A DNA stretch of 64,000 nucleotides from Bordetella parapertussis (GTDB lineage Bacteria > Pseudomonadota > Gammaproteobacteria > Burkholderiales > SG8-41). Below the pieces are notes generated by a model that worked only from the letters and a program-made list of their open reading frames with translations, was not told the DNA's origin and ran no database searches. The stretch covers positions 7,443 to 71,442 of the forward strand of contig CAMBCF010000003.1 of the NCBI GenBank assembly GCA_945864585.1. The letters are read 5' to 3'. Below are positions 32,913 through 43,119 of this stretch, in pieces. A program made the translations under genes and the position numbers. Position 1 is the stretch's first letter. Each line of letters begins with the position of its first letter.

Positions 32913-33386
32913 ATGAAAGTTTATCTCGTGCATCACGTCGATGCGCTATCGGCCGAACAGGACCCGCAGCGCCATATCAGCCCTATGGGGCGCGATCAGG
33001 CCGACCGTTTAGGGACGCGCTTTCGCGCGCTCGGCGTGGCGCCCGTGCGCATCCTGCACAGCGAAAAGCAATGGACCATCGACACCGCCGAACGCATCGC
33101 CGCGAAGCTGGGCGCTGCGGACAAAACCGCAAAGACCGCCTACCCGATAAATACCGGCGATCCACTCGCGCCGTTCATGGCGGAAATCGCCGCCGCCGGT
33201 GGCGACATCATGATGTGCGGCCATGTTGACTATCTGCTGCGCTCGGCCTCGCAACTGGTGTGCGGCGACGAGAGCCGCAAAGTGGTGGAGTTCAAGCCCG
33301 GCAACGGCGCTGCGGTGTGTCTCGAAGGCAAGGGCAAAGACTGGGTCATCACCTACGCCTGGCGCCAGGATCATGCGCCGGGGTAG
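32913..33386 (+). CDS. SixA-like histidine phosphatase superfamily protein (divergent: HH instead of RH)
   Basis: ORF trimmed to the ATG at 32913; MKVYLVHHVDA aligns with the SixA MRHGDA block; the second His is conserved (CGHVD). Confidence 0.6.
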   Translation: MKVYLVHHVDALSAEQDPQRHISPMGRDQADRLGTRFRALGVAPVRILHSEKQWTIDTAERIAAKLGAADKTAKTAYPINTGDPLAPFMAEIAAAGGDIMMCGHVDYLLRSASQLVCGDESRKVVEFKPGNGAAVCLEGKGKDWVITYAWRQDHAPG

Positions 33387-33417
33387 GTTACCCATTTAAT
33401 TATGTTTTTACACCCAC

Positions 33418-33858
33418 TCAGTGCCAGTGCGCCACTATCATCGCCGTGGCGAGCAAAGCAACGAGGTGATAGCCCGCGTTAATGCCGAACCATTTCCACG
33501 AGCGGTTTTCCCACGCCACGCCGCCCAGCAGCATGGGAACGTAAAAGCCCGCCCACGCGAATAGCGCCACGCACAAGCCGAAGATCGCTGGCGGCGCATC
33601 GCCGCCGCCTGGCCACGCTTGCGACAACACGGGCCGGCTGATCTCGATGCCGCACGCCAGCACCAGCGCAGTGAGAAACGCGCTGGCGATCATCAGCAGC
33701 ATCGCGCGTTTCAGCAGCGCCGCATCGGGCTTGAAATCGGGCGCCACGCCCATTTCCTTCATCCACGCGCTGCCGAATAACGGGCCGTACCACAGGAAGC
33801 CGATGACGATGGTGGACGCCGCGGCCGTCGCTATCGCCGAGCCGTTCAGATAAATCAT
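33418..33858 (-). CDS. DUF1761-like integral membrane protein
   Basis: 146 aa, four predicted TM segments; FLWYGPLFGSAWMKEMG motif. Confidence 0.6.
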   Translation of the reverse strand: MIYLNGSAIATAAASTIVIGFLWYGPLFGSAWMKEMGVAPDFKPDAALLKRAMLLMIASAFLTALVLACGIEISRPVLSQAWPGGGDAPPAIFGLCVALFAWAGFYVPMLLGGVAWENRSWKWFGINAGYHLVALLATAMIVAHWH

Positions 33859-33888
33859 AGCCGGCGGAATGCGCTGCCCAACTACGCC

Positions 33889-34509
33889 CTATTTGGTGGC
33901 ATACAACTCGGTGCTGTGCCGCGCGTACATGATTTCCTGCGGCTCGGCGGGCTCCGTCTGGCCAATTTGATCGCGCAGCATTTCGTTCATGGTGGGCAAC
34001 GTTTTGCGTTCGATTTTCGCCTCGGGCGCCCACAGCTGCCCGCGCATGATCGCTTTCGCACAATGCAGGTACGCCTCTTTCACGGCGATGTGCACCACCA
34101 GCTTGGGAAAGCGTCCGCTGGCTTCGCACAGTGAGGTAAACGCCTCGTCGTTGCGAAGATGCGCCGTACCGTTGATACGCAAAGCCTCATCCACCCCGGG
34201 CACCAGAAAAATCGCGCCGATGCGTCCGCTTTCCAGAATATTGGTGAAGGTATCGAGACGATTGTTGCCCGTCCAATCGGGAATAATCACAGTGTTATCG
34301 TCAATCACCTTGATGAAACCGGCTTCGCCCCCGCGCGGTGAAGCATCCATATTGCCCTGTGCGTCGCAGGTCGAGAGCACCGCAAAGCGCACCAGCGCCA
34401 GAAAATTCCGGCAATGCTGATCCAGGCGCGGCAGTTGTTTTTTGACCGCGCGTTCTTTCGCGGGCAAATACAGGGAGCGCAGTTGTTGCGTGGTTTCAAT
34501 GGCCGACAT
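33889..34509 (-). CDS. Pyridoxamine 5'-phosphate oxidase (PPOX) family FMN-binding protein
   Basis: 206 aa; split-barrel-like pattern (FAVLSTCDAQGNMDASPRGG, NRLDTFTNI). Confidence 0.7.
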   Translation of the reverse strand: MSAIETTQQLRSLYLPAKERAVKKQLPRLDQHCRNFLALVRFAVLSTCDAQGNMDASPRGGEAGFIKVIDDNTVIIPDWTGNNRLDTFTNILESGRIGAIFLVPGVDEALRINGTAHLRNDEAFTSLCEASGRFPKLVVHIAVKEAYLHCAKAIMRGQLWAPEAKIERKTLPTMNEMLRDQIGQTEPAEPQEIMYARHSTELYATK

Positions 34510-34567
34510 GCGTCACCTCACAAATTTTATTTAAGAACTATTACTTACCATCGATACTGCCATAAAT

Positions 34568-35401
34568 TCAAGCGCGCTCGATCTCAACATTATCGATCAA
34601 CCGCGTGCGGCCCAGACGCGCCGCCGCCAGCACCACCAGTTTGCGTTCGCCATTGGTAGGCGACACCAGATCGGCGTGACGCCGCACGGCGATGTAGTCG
34701 GGCTTCCAGCCGTGATGCGCGAGTTCGGCCATCACATCCAGTTCGACGCGCTGGTAATCGTGCGCGCCGGCTTGCAGCTCCGCGCGCGCCTTGCACAGCA
34801 ACTGATAGAGCCGCGGCGCTTCCTTGCGCTCCGCTGGCGTGAGGTAGGTATTACGCGACGACAGCGCCAGGCCGTCTTCCGCGCGCACCGTCTCCGCCAG
34901 AATAATCTCTATCGGCAGCGCCAGTTGCCGCACCATGTTGTTCAACACCAGGCATTGCTGGTAATCCTTCTTGCCGAAAATCGCCGAGTGCGGGTTCACC
35001 ATATTGAATAATTTCAGCACCACGGTCGCGACACCGCGAAAATGTCCTGGCCGCACCGCGCCGTCGAGCATGTGTTGAATATCGGGCGGCTCAACGATGT
35101 AGGTCTGCGGCTCGGGGTAAATTTCACCTTCGTCGGGTGCGAACACCACATCAACGCCCGCGGCTTCGAGTTTTGCGCAATCCGCGGTGAGCGTGCGCGG
35201 ATAGCGGTCGAAATCCTCGCGCGGGCCGAATTGCAGACGGTTCACAAAAATGCTCACCACCGTGCATGCCGCGCGCGGCTTGGCGATGTTGATCAGCTGA
35301 ATGTGCCCTGCATGCAGGTTGCCCATGGTGGGCACGAACACGTTGTTGGGCACGCGCTGCAGGCGCTCGCGCAGGGCGGCGACGGAATGAATGATGTCCA
35401 T
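34568..35401 (-). CDS. panC: Pantoate--beta-alanine ligase
   Basis: VPTMGNLHAGH and FGKKDYQQ motifs; 277 aa. Confidence 0.95.
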   Translation of the reverse strand: MDIIHSVAALRERLQRVPNNVFVPTMGNLHAGHIQLINIAKPRAACTVVSIFVNRLQFGPREDFDRYPRTLTADCAKLEAAGVDVVFAPDEGEIYPEPQTYIVEPPDIQHMLDGAVRPGHFRGVATVVLKLFNMVNPHSAIFGKKDYQQCLVLNNMVRQLALPIEIILAETVRAEDGLALSSRNTYLTPAERKEAPRLYQLLCKARAELQAGAHDYQRVELDVMAELAHHGWKPDYIAVRRHADLVSPTNGERKLVVLAAARLGRTRLIDNVEIERA

Positions 35402-35412
35402 TTGGGAGGAAA

Positions 35413-35510
35413 ATGTTGAGTGTTGAGTGTTGAGTATTAAGTTTTGAGTTGACCTCGGCGCAAGTGTAGAGGTGCTTATAACTCAACACTCAACACTCAA
35501 AACTTAACAT
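35413..35510. repeat. Intercistronic hairpin built from TGTTGAG heptamer units (panB-panC spacer)
   Basis: Left arm 35413-35450 (ATGTTGAG TGTTGAG TGTTGAG TATTAAG TTTTGAGTT); right arm 35480-35510 is the complement type; 29-nt loop. Confidence 0.8.
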
Positions 35511-35534
35511 TTCTTTATGGGTTAGCTCACACAC

Positions 35535-36329
35535 TCAAACAAACGAATGTTCGCGATCGGGAAACGTTTTGGCCTTGACTTCTTTTACATAACGTTCAAC
35601 CGCGACCTGTATGGAACCTGCCCCCTGCATGAAATTTTTAACGAACTTGGCTTTTTTGCCCGGGAACACATCGAGCATGTCATGCAGCACCAGCACCTGG
35701 CCTGCGCAATCGACACCCGCGCCGATGCCGATGGTGGGAATGGCCAGTGCCGCGGTGACCTCCTTCGCCAGCAGCGATGGAATGGCTTCGAGCACCAGCA
35801 TGCCCGCACCCGCCTGTTCGAGCAGCTTGGCGTCTTCGAGCAAACGCTCGGCGTCGCTCTGCTGGCGGCCCTGTACTTTGTAACCGCCGAGTTGATGCAC
35901 CGACTGCGGCGTGAGACCAAGGTGCCCGCACACGGGTATGCCGCGCTGCACCAGATAGGCTACGGTTTCGGCCATAGCGGCCCCTCCTTCCAGCTTTACC
36001 ATCTGCGCGCCGGCAGCCATGATTTCAGCCGCGTTGCGAAAGGTTTCCGCCGGGCTCAACTGAAACGTGCCGAACGGCATGTCGCCGATAACGAACGCGC
36101 GCTTGGCGCCCCGCGCCACGCACGCCGTGTGATACACGATGTCACGCAAGGTGACTGGCAGTGTGGTTTCGTGCCCCTGTAAAACGTTGCCCAGCGAATC
36201 GCCAATCAGCAGCGTTTCCACACCTGCCGCTTCTAGCAGCGCGGCGAAACTCGCGTCGTAACAGGTCAGCATGGTGATCTTGTCACCGTCCTGGGTCATT
36301 TTGTGAAGCGTGGAAAGGGTGATTCTCAT
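35535..36329 (-). CDS. panB: 3-methyl-2-oxobutanoate hydroxymethyltransferase
   Basis: ORF trimmed to the ATG at 36329 ([25 protein letters not shown]); GDSLG and KLEGG motifs. Confidence 0.95.
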   Translation of the reverse strand: MRITLSTLHKMTQDGDKITMLTCYDASFAALLEAAGVETLLIGDSLGNVLQGHETTLPVTLRDIVYHTACVARGAKRAFVIGDMPFGTFQLSPAETFRNAAEIMAAGAQMVKLEGGAAMAETVAYLVQRGIPVCGHLGLTPQSVHQLGGYKVQGRQQSDAERLLEDAKLLEQAGAGMLVLEAIPSLLAKEVTAALAIPTIGIGAGVDCAGQVLVLHDMLDVFPGKKAKFVKNFMQGAGSIQVAVERYVKEVKAKTFPDREHSFV

Positions 36330-36338
36330 GTATTTTAC

Positions 36339-36351
36339 CAATAAAAACAAT
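36339..36351 (-). promoter_or_regulatory. AT-rich 13-mer ATTGTTTTTATTG (minus strand), copy 3 of 3, 10 nt upstream of the panB ATG
   Basis: Exact repeat; followed by GTAAAATAC ATG; no SD is visible for panB. Confidence 0.3.
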
Positions 36352-36373
36352 AAGTTACGATATACAACCAGGC

Positions 36374-37027
36374 TCAACGCCCGGAACTGAAGAATTCACG
36401 CGGGCCGCGCATTGCGACAATGCGCTGCAACAATAAATCAAAATCAGGTGCCGAATCAACAAAGTTTAAATTATCCGAGTTCACGATCAGCAGCGGCGCC
36501 GCATCGTATTGATGAAAGTAGCGCGTGTAAGTATCGCTCAAACGCAGCAGATATTCGTCGCTGATGCTGCGTTCGTAACTTGCCGCGCGCTTTTGCACGC
36601 GCTCGATCAGCGTCTGCGGCGCGGCTTGCAGATAAATGACCAGGTCGGGCACCGGCAGTTGCAAACTCAGGTGCGCGTAAATTTGCCGGTAGAGTTTCAG
36701 TTCATCGTCATGCAACGTCAGGCCTGCGAACAGCGGGTCTTTCTCGAACATGAAATCGGCAAAAGTTGCCTTACGGAACAGATCCGACTGCGCCAGATTG
36801 CGCACCTGTTCCGCGCGCTGAAACAAAAAGAACAACTGCGCCGGCAAGGCATGGCGCTGTGGATCGCGATAAAAGTCTTCAAGAAATGGATTTGCGCCGG
36901 GGTCTTCGAGCAACGCCGAGCCGTCGCAGTGTTCCGCCAGCAGACGCGTGAGACTGGTTTTGCCGGCGCCGATGGGGCCTTCCACCACCACGTAACGCAA
37001 ACGATCGGGTAATACTTGCCATTTCAT
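36374..37027 (-). CDS. Deoxynucleoside kinase family protein
   Basis: P-loop GPIGAGKTS; DRSI/ERS region; 217 aa; 4-nt overlap with folK. Confidence 0.8.
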   Translation of the reverse strand: MKWQVLPDRLRYVVVEGPIGAGKTSLTRLLAEHCDGSALLEDPGANPFLEDFYRDPQRHALPAQLFFLFQRAEQVRNLAQSDLFRKATFADFMFEKDPLFAGLTLHDDELKLYRQIYAHLSLQLPVPDLVIYLQAAPQTLIERVQKRAASYERSISDEYLLRLSDTYTRYFHQYDAAPLLIVNSDNLNFVDSAPDFDLLLQRIVAMRGPREFFSSGR

Positions 37028-37527
37028 GCAGCGATTTCTTTCAATACGCTGACACTCGTGGTGTCCAGGTTTTGCAGCAGATCACACACCCGCCCGCGGC
37101 CCGGCACCTGCACCACGGGCGCAATCTGCGCCAGCGGCACCAGCACGAACGCCCGCTCATGCATACGCGGGTGCGGCACCGTCAACCCCGGCTCGCGTAT
37201 CACGCGCTCGCCGTAAAGCACAATATCCAAATCCAGCGTGCGCGGCGCATTCGCAAACTCGCGCACACGCCCGTGCTCGCGCTCAATCGCAAGCAGTGCC
37301 TCGAGTAAGGCGCGCGGCGTAAGCGCAGTGCGGATCGCCGCCACCGCATTGACAAAATCCGGTTGATTCACATAACCCACTGGCGCGCTGCGATACAGGG
37401 ACGACTGCGCGATAAGTTGTGTATCAGGCAAACGCGCCAGCGCGGCAAACGCCGATCGCAACTGGCGCCGTGGTTGCTGGAGATTGCTGCCGAGCGCGAT
37501 ATACGCAACGTCCAAGGTGACGCTCAC
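37024..37527 (-). CDS. folK: 2-amino-4-hydroxy-6-hydroxymethyldihydropteridine diphosphokinase
   Basis: AYIALGSNL, RTLDLDI and PHPRMHERAFVL motifs. Confidence 0.9.
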   Translation of the reverse strand: MSVTLDVAYIALGSNLQQPRRQLRSAFAALARLPDTQLIAQSSLYRSAPVGYVNQPDFVNAVAAIRTALTPRALLEALLAIEREHGRVREFANAPRTLDLDIVLYGERVIREPGLTVPHPRMHERAFVLVPLAQIAPVVQVPGRGRVCDLLQNLDTTSVSVLKEIAA

Positions 37528-38891
37528 GCTTCTGGCGCGGCCACGCCATCACCGTGCGCTCGCGGCTTTCTGCGGCGGCGGCGCTTCTTCGGCCCGCTGT
37601 CGGGCGCCAGCATGCGCTCGCGCTCAGCCGCATCGGCATCCTGAAACTGCGTCCACCAATCGCCGATTTCCTGGTCGATCTCACCGCTCTCGCCACGCAA
37701 CAACAGAAAATCATAGCCTGCGCGAAAGCGCGGCAATTCCAGCAAGCGATACGGACGGCGACCGGAGCGCTGTTCAAAGCGCGGTTGCATCGCCCAGATT
37801 TCCTTCATGTCGCCGCCGTAGCGCCGCGGTATCGCCAGCTTTTCCGCCTGCGTTTGCAACACCTGATCCATCGCCTTGTAGAGGGCCGGAATCGCGGGTA
37901 CGCCGTTGGCTTCGATCAATTTCCAGGCGGCCAGTACTTCGTGCCACAGCAGTGTCGCGAATAAAAACGCCGGTGAAACGCCTTTGTCACCGCGGATGCG
38001 CGCATCGGTGTTCTTCAGTGCCAGCATCACGAAACGTTCACCCAGCGGCTGCTCCAGTATCACGTCCAGCATTGGCAGCAGGCCGTGGTGCAGGCCGTCC
38101 TTGCGCAAGTGCTTCACCGTCTCGAGCGCATGCCCGGACAGCAACAACTTCAGCATTTCGTCGAACAAGCGTGCGGGCGGCACGTTCGATAACAATTCAG
38201 CGAGTTCGCGTATCGGCTTGCGCGTTGCGGGATCGATGTCAAAATCCAGCGCCGCGCCAAAGCGCACCACGCGCAGCATGCGCACCGGGTCCTCGCGGTA
38301 GCGCTGCAGCGGATCGCCGATCATGCGCAGCCGCCGCTTGCGCAGATCCTCGACGCCACCGTAATAATCGTACACCTGCTGCGTGGCCGGATCGTAGAAC
38401 AGCGCATTGATAGTGAGGTCGCGGCGCAGCGCGTCCTGCGCCTGATTCCCGAACACATTGTCTCGCAGAATACGGCCGTGCTCGTCGGTCCTGCCTTTGC
38501 TGCCGGTATCTTCAGCGTCGCTGGTATCGTGTGCGGCGCGAAAGGTGGAGACTTCCACCGTCTCGCGTCCGCACATCACATGCACGATCTGAAAACGCCG
38601 GCCAATGATGCGCGAACGCCGAAACAGGCCGCGCACCTCTTCCGGCGTGGCGCTGGTCGCTACATCAAAGTCTTTCGGCTCACGTTTGAGCAGCAGGTCG
38701 CGTACCGCGCCGCCTACCACGAACGCGGCAAAACCTTTGGCTTGCAGGGTGCTGGTAACGCTCAATGCGCAGGCGCTGATCTGCTCGCGCGCGACGCCGT
38801 GTTGCTTGAATGCAACCACCTGCGCGGCGGACTTACCGCGCCCGCCAAATACCCTTCCGGAAAACACCCGGCCGATCAGCTTTTTGATCAT
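37524..38891 (-). CDS. pcnB: Poly(A) polymerase I
   Basis: ORF trimmed to the ATG at 38891 (the longer form would overlap the upstream gene); VVGGAVRDLLL, DFD and RFQIVHV motifs; basic C-terminal tail. Confidence 0.9.
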   Translation of the reverse strand: MIKKLIGRVFSGRVFGGRGKSAAQVVAFKQHGVAREQISACALSVTSTLQAKGFAAFVVGGAVRDLLLKREPKDFDVATSATPEEVRGLFRRSRIIGRRFQIVHVMCGRETVEVSTFRAAHDTSDAEDTGSKGRTDEHGRILRDNVFGNQAQDALRRDLTINALFYDPATQQVYDYYGGVEDLRKRRLRMIGDPLQRYREDPVRMLRVVRFGAALDFDIDPATRKPIRELAELLSNVPPARLFDEMLKLLLSGHALETVKHLRKDGLHHGLLPMLDVILEQPLGERFVMLALKNTDARIRGDKGVSPAFLFATLLWHEVLAAWKLIEANGVPAIPALYKAMDQVLQTQAEKLAIPRRYGGDMKEIWAMQPRFEQRSGRRPYRLLELPRFRAGYDFLLLRGESGEIDQEIGDWWTQFQDADAAERERMLAPDSGPKKRRRRRKPRAHGDGVAAPEA

Positions 38892-38901
38892 GAAGTGCGG
38901 A

Positions 38902-39675
38902 TTATATCGCGGGCACAAAGCCCGCCTGCGGTTTATCGCCGGCAGGCAGTAGCGCGCAGCCGAACAGGGTCTCAAGGTTTTTCTGCGTCAGAACCCCGCG
39001 CGCCTCGCCCGCGCGAGCGCCGCCCACCCCATCGAGCAGCAGCGCGTGGGTACATACCCGTGTGGGCCACAGTACATCATGCAGCACCATGACTATGCCG
39101 TGATTTTTCCTGTTATCGCGAGCCAATGCCGCCACCACTTCCAGCATCTGCATCTGGTAGCGCAAATCGAGATGCTGCAAAGGCTCATCCAACAACAGGT
39201 AGCGCGGCGCCTGTGCCAACAGTTGCGCGATGCGCACGCGCTGACGCTCACCGCCCGACAGCGTGGCGTAACGGCGCGCGGCAAAATCCGTCAACCCCAC
39301 CTGATTCAAAGCGGCCTGAGCAGCGGCTTCATCGTCACGCTGCCAGCCCAGCCACGCCGGCGCATTGGGGAAACTACCGAGACTCACGTATTCAAGTGCA
39401 GTGCCCCAGAATTCACCGTCCTCATGCTGCGGCAACACACCAACAGCGCGCGCGCGCGCGATAGCGTTTAGCGCCGCCAGCGGATCGCCATCCAGCATGA
39501 CGCCGCCGTTCGCCGGCGCGGCAAGTCCGGCGAGGACATGGAGTAACGTGGTCTTGCCGCTGCCATTGGGGCCGAGCACGCCCCACACTTCGCCCGGCTG
39601 CACCGCGAATTCGAGGTCACCGCACAAGGTACGCCCCACGACCGACAGCGTGACATGCTTGCAAGCGAGGGTCAC
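38902..39675 (-). CDS. ABC transporter ATP-binding protein (FecE/HmuV-like iron-complex or cobalamin type)
   Basis: Walker A GPNGSGKTT, signature LSGGERQR, Walker B LLLDEP; GTG at 39675 overlaps the permease stop (GTGA). Confidence 0.85.
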   Translation of the reverse strand: MTLACKHVTLSVVGRTLCGDLEFAVQPGEVWGVLGPNGSGKTTLLHVLAGLAAPANGGVMLDGDPLAALNAIARARAVGVLPQHEDGEFWGTALEYVSLGSFPNAPAWLGWQRDDEAAAQAALNQVGLTDFAARRYATLSGGERQRVRIAQLLAQAPRYLLLDEPLQHLDLRYQMQMLEVVAALARDNRKNHGIVMVLHDVLWPTRVCTHALLLDGVGGARAGEARGVLTQKNLETLFGCALLPAGDKPQAGFVPAI

Positions 39676-40637
39676 GCGCGCCGAGCCAGCAAAAACAGCA
39701 TGCACGGCACGCCGATCAGCGCGGTGAATATACCCACCGGCAATTGCTGCGGCGCCCATAGTGTGCGCGCACAGGTATCCGCCAGCGTGAGAAAACTGCC
39801 GCCCGCCAGCACCGATACCGGCAGCAGCAAACGATGGCGCACCACACCCAACAAGCGCACCGCATGCGGCATCATCAATCCGACAAAGCCGATGGCGCCG
39901 CCCAGCATCACCGCCGCCACCGTCGCCAGCGCCGCGCCGAAAAAAACCATCAATTGCAGCGCAACCACGCTCACGCCCAACGAACGCGCCTTGGCGTCAC
40001 CCAAACCGAGTATATCCAGACGTGCCGCCAGTGCTACCGCGCCCAGCGTCAACGCCAGCAGTAACACAGCAGCAGCGAGCGAATTCTCGGCATAGGATAA
40101 ATCTCCCATCAGCCAGAACAACATGCCCTTGAGCTGCGCGCTGGGCGCGAGCACCAGTATCAAACTTGTCAGCGCCGCGAATCCCGCCGATAAAACCACG
40201 CCCGACAACAACAAGCGATAGATATTCCATTGCCCGCCGCGAAACGTAACGCCGAACACTATCGCTATCGCAGCAATCGCGCCGATCAGCGCCGCGGCGT
40301 TCACCATTGCCAGTCCCGCACCCAGTGTGATGGCCCCCAGCGCGCCCAGCGATGCGCCACCCGAAACACCCAGTATGTACGAATCCGCCAGCGCGTTTCG
40401 CAGCAGCGCTTGCAACAGCACGCCCGCCAGCGCGAGCAATCCGCCACAGGCGAATGCCGCCAGCGCGCGCGGCGCACGCAGCCGCCAGATGATGTCGTGC
40501 TCGATGCCCGACGTGGAAGTGAAAATGCTTTGCAGGACCTGAGTTGGGGTGAGCGATACCGAGCCGAATAGCAGCGCGATGAAATAACTGGCGATGGCGA
40601 CAGCGGCGGCCCAGGCGAGCGGAGGGACGAAGCGCAT
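39672..40637 (-). CDS. FecCD family ABC transporter permease
   Basis: 321 aa, about 9 TM segments; G-rich conserved region LSGVVLSAGFAALTSLIL. Confidence 0.85.
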   Translation of the reverse strand: MRFVPPLAWAAAVAIASYFIALLFGSVSLTPTQVLQSIFTSTSGIEHDIIWRLRAPRALAAFACGGLLALAGVLLQALLRNALADSYILGVSGGASLGALGAITLGAGLAMVNAAALIGAIAAIAIVFGVTFRGGQWNIYRLLLSGVVLSAGFAALTSLILVLAPSAQLKGMLFWLMGDLSYAENSLAAAVLLLALTLGAVALAARLDILGLGDAKARSLGVSVVALQLMVFFGAALATVAAVMLGGAIGFVGLMMPHAVRLLGVVRHRLLLPVSVLAGGSFLTLADTCARTLWAPQQLPVGIFTALIGVPCMLFLLARRA

Positions 40638-40655
40638 TATTTACTAGCCAATCAT

Positions 40656-41312
40656 TCACCCAAGCGACATCACCGGCCACCCGTGCGCTTCAGCATGCGC
40701 CCGCAACGTGTCATCCGGATCCACCGCCACCGGATGACTCACCAACTCCAACAGCGGCAAATCGTTATGCGAATCGCTGTAAAACCAGACCTTCTCATAC
40801 GAACGCAAGGTCTCGCCCCGCGCCGCCAGCCACGCTTCCAAACGCCTGGGCTTGCCCTTCTTAAAGCACGGCAGGCCGGTGACGCCGCCAGTGAATTCAC
40901 CCTCACGCTGCTCCGGCTCGGTTGCAATCAAATGCTCAATGCCGAACACCCGCGCAATCGGTGCGGTGACAAAACTGTTGGTGGCGGTAACCACCACCCG
41001 CACATCCCACATGTGCTTGTTCACCAGGGCGCGCGCGGAAGCGCGCAACATCGGATAGATTTTTTTAATCATGTATTCGGCGTGCCAGCGATCGAGCAGC
41101 GCGCGCGGATGGCGCGACAGCGGCTTTAACTGAAAATCAAGGAACGCATGAATGTTGAGCGTGCCCGCTTTGTATTGGTCAAAAAACGCCTGGTTCTGCG
41201 CTTCATACAGTTCGCGGTCGAGCACGCCCTGCTCGATCAAAAACTGCGCCCACTCGAAATCGGAATCGCCGGCGAGCAGGGTGTTGTCGAGGTCAAATAG
41301 CGCTAGGTTCAT
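40656..41312 (-). CDS. HAD-IB family hydrolase (SerB-like)
   Basis: DLDNTL motif I, VVTATN motif II, SDSHNDLPLL motif IV. Confidence 0.8.
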   Translation of the reverse strand: MNLALFDLDNTLLAGDSDFEWAQFLIEQGVLDRELYEAQNQAFFDQYKAGTLNIHAFLDFQLKPLSRHPRALLDRWHAEYMIKKIYPMLRASARALVNKHMWDVRVVVTATNSFVTAPIARVFGIEHLIATEPEQREGEFTGGVTGLPCFKKGKPRRLEAWLAARGETLRSYEKVWFYSDSHNDLPLLELVSHPVAVDPDDTLRAHAEAHGWPVMSLG

Positions 41313-41330
41313 GGTGGTGTTTAATGGCGT

Positions 41331-41981
41331 TTATTTATCACGCAGCAGCACTGCCCGCAGCAGCGGCAGCGTCACCGCTCGCTTGGTTTCGAGCGAATGG
41401 CGATCCAGCGCGTCCAGCGTCGCGAACAATGCACCCATGTCGCGCGGCGCGCGGGCGAGCAGGTAGGCGATCACTTCACTCGCCAGCGTGAAGCCGCGCG
41501 CGTGTGCATGTTGCGCCAGCGCCTGCGCTTTTTCTTCATCGTTCAGTGCGTGCACCTGCACCACCAGCCCCCAACCCAGCCGCGTCAGCAGATCGGCGCG
41601 CAGTTTGAGTTGCACCGGCGGCACGCGCCCGCTGGCGATCAGGCTGCCGCCCTGTTCACGCAGCTCATTGTAGCAGTGGAACAGCGCCACTTGTGCGTCG
41701 CTGCCCAGGCGCTCGACATCATCGGCGGCGAGTCGCGGCGCATCATCATCAAACACACTGTCGGCTGCGCACGCGATGTACTTCGAGCGCGCATCCGCGG
41801 TTGCCGCTTTCAGCAAATGCGTGCGCCCGCAACCGGCCGCGCCCCACAGGTATACGAAGCGCTCGCCGCTGCCGGCAAGCGCCGCGCGCAAATGTGCCAG
41901 CGCCTCGGCGTTGCGGCCCACGACAAAATTATCGAACGTTGGCGCAGGCGGCGTCGTAATGTCCAGCGCGAGCTGCCTCAT
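41331..41981 (-). CDS. hda: DnaA regulatory inactivator Hda
   Basis: TFDNFVVGRN, Walker A-like GAAGCGRTHLL; about 216 aa. Confidence 0.85.
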   Translation of the reverse strand: MRQLALDITTPPAPTFDNFVVGRNAEALAHLRAALAGSGERFVYLWGAAGCGRTHLLKAATADARSKYIACAADSVFDDDAPRLAADDVERLGSDAQVALFHCYNELREQGGSLIASGRVPPVQLKLRADLLTRLGWGLVVQVHALNDEEKAQALAQHAHARGFTLASEVIAYLLARAPRDMGALFATLDALDRHSLETKRAVTLPLLRAVLLRDK

Positions 41982-43057
41982 AAGGTTGGGTTGTTACCCT
42001 GATACATGCCACTGGCCAGATATTGGCCCCGCACATGGCGCAGCCACACCAGCAGTGCAGCACTTGCGGGAAGCGCGAGCAAGATGCCGGTGAAACCGAA
42101 CAACTGGCCGAACGCGAGCAGCGCGAAGATCACCGCTACCGGGTGCAACCCTATGCGGTCGCCCACCAGCCACGGCACGAACACCGAGCCTTCGAGCACG
42201 TTGCCGATGACGAACACCACCCAGATCCACGCCAGATGCGTGAGGTCGCCGAACTGCAACACACCGGTCAGTGTGGCGAGCAGCGCACCGCTGATCACGC
42301 CCAGGTACGGCACGAAGGTCAGGCAGCCGGCCAGCAGCCCCACCGACAGTGCATAATCGAGCCCGACCAGCCACAGCGCGATGGTGTAATACACCGCCAT
42401 CAGCAGCATCACCAGCAACTGTCCGCGCAAAAACTCGCCCAGCACGGCATCGATTTCCCTGAGCAAGCCGGACACCGTGTCGTTCCAGTGGCGCGGAACC
42501 AGCGTCGCCGCCTGTGAAACCATGTTGTCCCAATCGCGCATGAAAAAGAACAGCACCAGCGGCGTCAGCACCAGGGTGCCGATGAGACCCAGCAGCGCCA
42601 GCCCGCCGCTTTTCAATGTGGGCAGCAGTTGCACCGCGAAACCCTGCACTTCCTTCGCGTGTTCGGTAAGCCAATCCTTGAGCAGCGCGGTGTCGAGCTC
42701 AACGCCAAAATGCTGCTGCAGCAGCGGCCCCAGATTAAGCTTGATCCAGTCCACGAATTGGGGAAACTGGGTGACGATGGTTTTCACCTGCTTGGTTACC
42801 AGCGGCATCAGCACCAGCAGCATTACCAGAATCACGCCGGCGATCAGCGCCAGTGCAATGCTCACTGCCAGCGTGCGCGGCAGCCGCCGCGACATGCGCC
42901 CGACCAGCGGGTTGAAGATGTAGGCCAACACTGCCGCCGCCAGAAACGGCGCTAGTATCGGGCTTAGAAAATAAATCAGCGCGCAAACGGCGGCCGCCAC
43001 CGCCAGCCACCAGCCATGCCGGGCCTGGCGCGCGGCGCCGGAATCGAGAGTATTCAT
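41978..43057 (-). CDS. AI-2E family transporter (PerM/YhhT-like)
   Basis: 359 aa, multi-TM; FVPYLG and NVLEG motifs. Confidence 0.85.
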   Translation of the reverse strand: MNTLDSGAARQARHGWWLAVAAAVCALIYFLSPILAPFLAAAVLAYIFNPLVGRMSRRLPRTLAVSIALALIAGVILVMLLVLMPLVTKQVKTIVTQFPQFVDWIKLNLGPLLQQHFGVELDTALLKDWLTEHAKEVQGFAVQLLPTLKSGGLALLGLIGTLVLTPLVLFFFMRDWDNMVSQAATLVPRHWNDTVSGLLREIDAVLGEFLRGQLLVMLLMAVYYTIALWLVGLDYALSVGLLAGCLTFVPYLGVISGALLATLTGVLQFGDLTHLAWIWVVFVIGNVLEGSVFVPWLVGDRIGLHPVAVIFALLAFGQLFGFTGILLALPASAALLVWLRHVRGQYLASGMYQGNNPTL

Positions 43058-43119
43058 GTCAACCCTTCAGATGCGGTGTATAGCGGCCGCCTGCACCTTA
43101 GCGCGTAGCGGTCTGCAAC

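Noticed and set aside
37484-38410. 308-aa plus-strand ORF overlapping folK and pcnB
   Set aside because: It is an extremely Arg/Ala/Ser/Pro-rich shadow of the well-supported pcnB frame.
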